Shown: one piece after another, positions 46,703 to 52,829 of the stretch | How the letters are laid out: each line of letters starts with the position of its first letter | Numbering within the stretch: position 1 is the first letter of the stretch | Assembly (NCBI GenBank): GCA_001687465.1 | Contig: LVLI01000020.1 | Coordinates: 124,001-176,829 of the forward strand | DNA from: Halocafeteria seosinensis | Lineage: Eukaryota | Direction: 5' to 3' | DNA length: 52,829 nt | Made by a program: the position numbers and the translations under genes | Notes under the pieces: generated by a model | Seen by the model: the letters and a program-made list of their open reading frames with translations, nothing else | What the model was told of the DNA's origin: nothing | Database searches by the model: none

Positions 46703-48451
46703 CTACTGACAGAGATCTTGATATTCCACAAGAAGGAATACTCTTTCTAAAAACCCCATCTCAGAGTAAGAATACGGTATATAGCCATCTCGAGTACGAA
46801 GCGAGGTACGAGGATGAGTTTCCTCGAAGTACAAGCGCTTTAGTTTCTTCATCGCCTCACGAACTTCCGTCAAGTTCTTTGGGTCCACTGTGTATACCCA
46901 TGGTTCGCCAACATAAGTCTCTAAGAAAGGATGCTGAGAGGTTAAACCTAAGCGGGTGGGCTTTCCGTCCATCGCCTTATGTGTAGTCGAGCTTGCAGGT
47001 GGGTTGTGTCTTATATTCACAACTGCCGTCCCATGCGTAACAGCTTCGATCCCCGACGGACCGTTGAAAGGAGTGCCCAGACCTATCAGTATCGCAGTTT
47101 CCTCGTACAAGTCGTGAATTCCCTGTGAACTTTGGAGGCCTTTGTTCGTGATAAATCCAGGATTGCGTCGGCCTTGACTCTCCGGCAACGTGCTTATCAA
47201 AGGTATATACTCGCTGACAGTTCGTAGGTACTCATGCATCCCTACGAAGTACTTGCTATTCTTCGCCCAAATTAGGCCTTGCCAGTTTCGGGACCTCTTC
47301 TCCACACTCCGATGTGGGACCGCATACCCTAGAAACGTATTCTCTGGAGCAAAATCCGGAATAAACGTAAAGTACTGCCGTAAGTCAAGATGCAAACAGC
47401 AAAACATGTTTCCTTCTCTGGGAACTGGAGCCATGTTAAACTCATCTTGAGTACCAAATGTGTCCAGTATTCGAAATTTACAACGTCGTGCAATCCGTGG
47501 TGTGTCTGCAGTTGTTCCCGCCGTTAAACCAATTTCATGAGCCCCTGCGTAATCCGTAAGTACTAGATCAAATCTTTCCCAGTCTTTTATCGTGAATCGA
47601 CTTGTCTCTTTCTTTTCTGTCACGACATGAACGTCGTAGCCCAGAAATACAAGTGCGGCGTATAAATCCGTCCACTGTAGCAATCCCCCTTGTGGTTTAC
47701 CCCGTAGCCCATCCATGTTAAACACAAGAAGTGTTCCAATATATATCAATATACGTTTACGACTGCAATCTGACGGATCCTTAGCAGGTTTGCTTGTCAA
47801 GGGAGACTGTTTCGAAAAACTCCATCCCAGACCGACGCGTCCCGCCTTATCGCGTAGCTTCTTGACCGCACTCTTCCACCCCTCGTACATGTTGAGAAAC
47901 CTATCATGCATATACTTAATCCGCGTCGGCGGTTTGGGAACTCTATCTATATCTACCGTGTCGCAAAACGTGACATCGTCGCCCACTTCCTGGAAATCAG
48001 TTTCCGCGGGTTGCTGAGGTATGCCAATTCGACTGAGGGTGCTGCTCGTATGCGGTACTTTTTTGTTTTCCTGTGGATCCGCTGCTTCCCTCGTAGAACT
48101 GCGTCGGTCTTTGTTGTTCACCGAGGAATCGGGCCACGAGGAAGTATCCTCCTCTGATTTCCGAAGGGAGGTCGCGCGTAAGGAATTGTATTGTGGCTGA
48201 TGGGGTCTGGATCGAAATAGAGGTTCCGAGTTCCTGAACAAGATCGGCGCTTCAATGTCTTCGTTTCCATGATCTGGAGGGTTTGACGAAGAGGAGAAGC
48301 CAAACGCAAAGAAAATCCCCAAGGTGAACCCTATCAGACATGTTAAGAGAGGCGCAATCGGCGGTAACGAGACTCGATTGCCACCGTTAGGGGTGTGTGG
48401 AGGGAACACAGACCCCCGCTTCCCTGCCAGTCCCGAGTTCCGAGGCCACAT
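46703..48451 (-). CDS. GT18 / MGAT5 (GnT-V)-like glycosyltransferase, type II membrane protein
   Basis: N-terminal TM; LLQWTDL, LTDYAG, CKFRILDTFGT, LDLRQYFT..P..PENTFLG, IGLGTPFNGPSGIEAV, LTSQHPFLE..VGEP.VYTVD. Confidence 0.85.
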   Translation of the reverse strand: MWPRNSGLAGKRGSVFPPHTPNGGNRVSLPPIAPLLTCLIGFTLGIFFAFGFSSSSNPPDHGNEDIEAPILFRNSEPLFRSRPHQPQYNSLRATSLRKSEEDTSSWPDSSVNNKDRRSSTREAADPQENKKVPHTSSTLSRIGIPQQPAETDFQEVGDDVTFCDTVDIDRVPKPPTRIKYMHDRFLNMYEGWKSAVKKLRDKAGRVGLGWSFSKQSPLTSKPAKDPSDCSRKRILIYIGTLLVFNMDGLRGKPQGGLLQWTDLYAALVFLGYDVHVVTEKKETSRFTIKDWERFDLVLTDYAGAHEIGLTAGTTADTPRIARRCKFRILDTFGTQDEFNMAPVPREGNMFCCLHLDLRQYFTFIPDFAPENTFLGYAVPHRSVEKRSRNWQGLIWAKNSKYFVGMHEYLRTVSEYIPLISTLPESQGRRNPGFITNKGLQSSQGIHDLYEETAILIGLGTPFNGPSGIEAVTHGTAVVNIRHNPPASSTTHKAMDGKPTRLGLTSQHPFLETYVGEPWVYTVDPKNLTEVREAMKKLKRLYFEETHPRTSLRTRDGYIPYSYSEMGFLERVFLLVEYQDLCQ

Positions 48452-48924
48452 GGTGCTGTCTACCAACCAAATCCCTATACTACGCAACTAGTAGACAGAC
48501 ACTTGGCCGGGCGTCCTCTCTCGCCACGTTCACAGACCAGGAGGTGGAACTTAGCCCAACGGTGGAAGTTGCCCCCCAAACCACAAATTGTCTACCGGTA
48601 TGGGTTTAGTACTACACAGAATTGAACAATGCGTCTAGCTCGTACTTGAGAGGAGCAAAAAGTGTAAATTCAACCAACCAACATAGAAATACTTGACTAT
48701 TGTACTAGACAAGTTGCACTGGAAGTTGGACTCTACGTTGTCAGCGAACGTTAATGCAGTGAGTATTGTATTCCAGAGGATTTCGCTTAGGGTTTCGGGC
48801 AGAGTAACGGGATGAATTTTTTCCAGGAAGGTTGCACTCATGAGGCGTATTACCAGAACGCAGCCGTCGAGACATCTTATTTCAGCATCATATATATCCG
48901 AGCGGAGTAGTAACTGATGACTAT

Positions 48925-50168
48925 TTATCTCCTTTTCATTGTTTTCTCCACACTTGGTGTGGGAGCATTTTCTTGGGTTTCCATCTGCATACAGAACAGA
49001 AACGCAACTTCGCAAAAAGAAACACAAAACGCAGTACACAAGAGAAGCACATACCACCCGTAGTGTTGATTTGGATTGCTCTAGTTGATGTTTTAATTTG
49101 GAACCAACCTCCTTGAATTTCTTCGAGCTCTGTAACGCCGATGACGATTTGTAAAGCGTGATATAACAAAATAAAACAGCACGCCAAATTAAACAAACTT
49201 ACTTGTTTACATGTTCGTTCAAATTCAGCGATGGCAGATTGGTGGGATTCCAACGTTTCTTTGAGTTTTTCCTCGGCGCTTTCCACTTCTGCTTCGACCT
49301 CTTTTTCTTGGTTCTCTTTATCCTTGTTCACCATTTCTCTGTAATATTCAAATGTTCTCTATCACCGAGATACCATGGTAGAATCTAGGAAACGACATAC
49401 AATAATTGTTTCTTGCGCTCTTCGATGGCATTTTCACCTTGTTGCCTAATCTTTCGTGGGACCTGGCAGCGCAAGAATACACGAAAATTTGAGATGTGAC
49501 GGAATTCCTTAACAATAATTCCCATATTCCCTGCTTTTCTCAAGCATTATATGCATAATCAGAGCAGGTGTCTTACATTTTTTCTCGCTGTTTTCACCTG
49601 TCCTTCTAGGTCATCCACTTGCTGCCGCAAGCGTTCCACTTCATCTTCTAACTCACTCGATTCTGATTCTGTATCAAACTCAAGCAAAAACACAATGCAC
49701 CAATGTACGCGTTGCGATCATGAACATTGTGTGTGGATGCCGGCGCTCCGTACCATTGTCATCCTCATCTTCTACCCCATTGTCTTCAATAACGTGATTC
49801 CGTAAGGCATCCACGATGTTGCCTGCGAATTCTTCCAGCTTGGTTTCAAGCACCTGCATCATAATTTATTCAGAGGAGAAAAGCCGAAATATCCAACCTC
49901 AGCTCTTATAGTTGTCTCCGGGGGACGACTGTTAGATTCCTACCTTGTTCACAGCTTCGTGCGAGCTCGCTGCGCTGCCCTCTTTTCTTCTCTTTTGCAC
50001 TTGCTCACGGACGATCTCGTGGAGCATCTCCCCGCAAGTATCCACGAGACTCATGTCGGCCACGGAGAAGACATTTTCGGACGCGGTATCGTGTTTATGA
50101 CGGCCCGTGGGATCCCGGCGCCGTTTAGATCCCACCACCGTTTTCGTTGACGAGGTAGTTTTATGCAT
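48925..50168 (-). CDS. kinetochore Mis14/Nsl1-like coiled-coil protein (multi-exon)
   Basis: Spliced reading LEEFAGNIVDALRNHVIEDNG ... ELEDEVERLRQQVDDLEGQVKTARKN|VPRKI ... LKHQLEQSKSTLRV|METQ matches the Mis14 pattern by eye. Confidence 0.5.
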
Positions 50169-50735
50169 TCCACTTTCTTTTCTCCTCTTGTATCGGGATC
50201 CATTCATGCACACGATAGAGATACAACAAACTATGGAAGTTATTGCAATCTGGCTCATGTATTCACTATGTATTGGGCTATACACTGTGGCGAGTTGACT
50301 CAGTGGTTGAAGTTGGCCGTTTATCACAAGCTGGTTCACTAGAACTCACTACCGAACAGCCGCAAAGAGAAATCTCTGAGAAGTTCCGATGTCGAGGTAA
50401 TGCTGGTAGAGGGTACATACGATCACCCAACCCTCAACACTCCTCCACCAGCTGCAACACGTCAAGTCGACGTATGCCACTTGGACTCGGTGTCGCACGT
50501 GGTACTATACCGTAGTTGACAACCACTGGGTGGAATACACGCTTAGCACTGATAGTAGCGAGTGGTATGTTCGTTGATGTGAGTTGTGTGCGTATGGTGA
50601 CATCGTACGAATAGTACGTCCGGTAATTTACTCTCGCTTTACAATTTCCCTTGGAGTCTAGTTATTCGTCATCGGAACTTCAGAAGTGGAACCTACACGC
50701 GATGTTGCAATTTAGCTCAGCTTCACTTGTTGGGA

Positions 50736-52163
50736 TCACTCTTCCTCTCGCCGGCGTTCTTCTTCCCCGATCGATTTCATCGAGGCTGGCTTGATACGGC
50801 TCACCCATCTATACGTCAAACCGAGCCAAGCCAAGAAAAGACCAAGAGCATATCCAAAAGCGACGCCATACACTTCCAAAGAAGAGAACGAACTAAGGAG
50901 GCCTCCTACTAGCATACCACTCCATATTGCCGTGATAGAAATGATCGTTGAGCCCAACATATCTGATAAAGATCGAAGCTGTTGTAAAACATGAAATCGT
51001 ACTGCGTCGATGAGGATGCCGACTACGACGATAGGTGTGACCCGGCGAACCATCTGCTTGATGTTGGTTTCACGGTTATTGAGTAGGTCCATAAAGAGCT
51101 GCGGATACGCAGCTACCAGAATTCCGATTGGAGCGAAATAAATGAGAGCAGTACCTAAGCTATGTATAGCCATTTTTCGCCCTTTCCCATACTTCCGTTC
51201 CCCAATGCATCTTCCGACTTCCTGAGCACTCGTTTGGCTAAATGCAGCTAGACCGATGAACAGAAGCAGCAGCAACTGCAACGAGTAAGTAATACTTGCT
51301 TGCTGCTTTTGGCCATTCAATCCTGCAAGTATGCCAGCTACAAGCACTACAGTCATGTCGTTAGCCATCGTACTTCCAATAGGGACTCCATATCTCAACA
51401 CTTGCTTCACGTACGTAAGGGTACCAGTCCATGTTGACCTCTTGTGGAATTGAAAGAAATCGCAGTCTTTCAACTCCGCTGTAACCCCGATATAGATAGT
51501 GTAGGCTAGCGCTGTGATATAAGCCTCAATTGTGTAAGCTATAGCCACGCCTTTTGAGCGCCACTGAGGAAGTGCCCCTACACCATAACCCAATCCTAAC
51601 GCCAGCAGGGTGGCAAAGGTAAAACTGGACAGAGCAATCACCATAGCCGCATGGCTCCTCTGAAAACTGAACATAATTTGCTCAGCACACATTCGTGAAA
51701 GCAGCCCCGGAATCGCAAACGCATACGGTCTCAAGTAGTCTTCCGCTAAACTAGCCACGTTCTCCTGCTGACCGAACCAATTGTGGAGTATAGGTTTCGA
51801 AAAGAATAGCAAGAGAAACCCAAACGGTGCGAATCCCGCGGCTACGATTAGACCTGCCCTATATACTTTGGTCACTTTACCCATACTAGTTTTAATTCTT
51901 TGCGCCTTGCTCTCGTTGTCCTCCTCCTCCTCCTCGGATTCTCGAATGTGTTTGATTTCACCCACTATCCGACTAGCTATCAACGCCATCCCTAGAAGAC
52001 ACGTCACGGAAACGATCCCAACTACGTTCATCATGTTCGATGTCAATGAAATAGCAGCGGTCTGTGCGTTGTTACTGGGATTCACGTTTGCTAACAATAC
52101 ACCAGAAGTGAACACTTCGAAACTAAACGAGAAGGATACCCGTAGGTACCCGATACTCAGCAA
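50736..52163 (-). CDS. MATE-family efflux transporter; 5' end unresolved
   Basis: About 12 TM in two halves; AEDYLRPYAFAIPG, GLGYG...P.W...GVAIA, YGVPIG, QQLRSLSD. No in-frame ATG before an upstream stop, so the 5' end is either an intron or degenerate. Confidence 0.85.
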   Translation of the reverse strand: MLSIGYLRVSFSFSFEVFTSGVLLANVNPSNNAQTAAISLTSNMMNVVGIVSVTCLLGMALIASRIVGEIKHIRESEEEEEDNESKAQRIKTSMGKVTKVYRAGLIVAAGFAPFGFLLLFFSKPILHNWFGQQENVASLAEDYLRPYAFAIPGLLSRMCAEQIMFSFQRSHAAMVIALSSFTFATLLALGLGYGVGALPQWRSKGVAIAYTIEAYITALAYTIYIGVTAELKDCDFFQFHKRSTWTGTLTYVKQVLRYGVPIGSTMANDMTVVLVAGILAGLNGQKQQASITYSLQLLLLLFIGLAAFSQTSAQEVGRCIGERKYGKGRKMAIHSLGTALIYFAPIGILVAAYPQLFMDLLNNRETNIKQMVRRVTPIVVVGILIDAVRFHVLQQLRSLSDMLGSTIISITAIWSGMLVGGLLSSFSSLEVYGVAFGYALGLFLAWLGLTYRWVSRIKPASMKSIGEEERRREEE

Positions 52164-52382
52164 AGCTGAACGTGGAAGCCTCTATTAAAGTCAATCGGCG
52201 TATATTTCTTCCGAAAAATGTATGATACAAATGTACATTGAAAATACAAAGTAGCATTCGTGTTTGAGTCTACTAGGCGGCGTATTTTACACGTTCAATA
52301 TCAACAAAGTTAGAAGGGTGTTTGAAGGGCGGGTATTTTGCCAGACTTCAACTTCACCCAACCAACTTTAGAATGGGCTACA

Positions 52383-52829
52383 CTAGTGATTTGGTTGAAT
52401 TCCGTTCCAAAACTCATCCATAAAGCTTTCAGATGAACTATTGAAGTACTTTGGAGTGGAAATAAGGGATTCGCGCAGCTCAGGATGGATACAAACCCGC
52501 CCTACCTCGTCTCGAGCAATCCCCGCGCTTCGCAGCTCTTTTCTGTCGAGTACAGCGTCGGATAGCTCTTCAAGGAAGTCATTCTGCCATTTCATGATTT
52601 TATCATAACTGGTGTATCCTTTGGTGTGTTCGGAAGGGTCTCCATACATGACTTTCTGGGCTCTCTCGAGTACGTCGTCGGCTGTTTCACCCAGCTCGAA
52701 CCCGGCGCGGACCTTCTCCTTTATATACAGCCACATGAGCTCACTGGCGTTTGCCACAGGACTGTTTGGTGGCTGGAAGATGATATTTAACCAGGAGAAC
52801 CCCTTTCTGTCGTTGGTCTCCCTTATGAC
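52383..52829 (-). mobile_element. IS630/Tc1-family DDE transposase, 3' part; runs off the window end
   Basis: Open frame IIFQPPNSPVANASELMWLYIKEKV matches the PPYSPDLNPIE.W..K motif around the catalytic Glu. Confidence 0.7.

Overview
Compact, intron-containing (short GT-AG introns) eukaryotic genome segment, probably from a protist; the lineage cannot be fixed from this window. Housekeeping genes (YAK1-type kinase, transaldolase, A1 aspartic protease, TLC-domain protein, MRI1, Stm1/SERBP1-like, SRP19, GT18/MGAT5-like, Nsl1-like, MATE) alternate with two accessory regions. (1) 16.9-21.5 kb is gene-poor and holds a 6 x 188-bp satellite, a very AT-rich virus-like island with five 13-bp direct repeats and a long hairpin, and CRE-type retrotransposon debris. 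(2) 35.5-46 kb holds two Crinkler/RHS-type P-loop genes with membrane-anchoring header exons: one intact, 4-TM and nuclease-less; one frameshifted, 2-TM and nuclease-bearing. The second lies inside a ~0.87-kb inverted duplication that captured the 5' half of SRP19, and the region also has a Tc1-like MITE and a TSD-flanked CRE insertion. The most unusual protein-level signals are a tandem pair of Hv1-like channels that both lack the first S4 arginine and the S2 glutamate and carry an IQ-like motif, a GnT-V homologue lacking the catalytic Glu, and an RG-repeat DEDDy exonuclease split by a single -1 frameshift. All family assignments come from motif recognition by eye; no searches were run.
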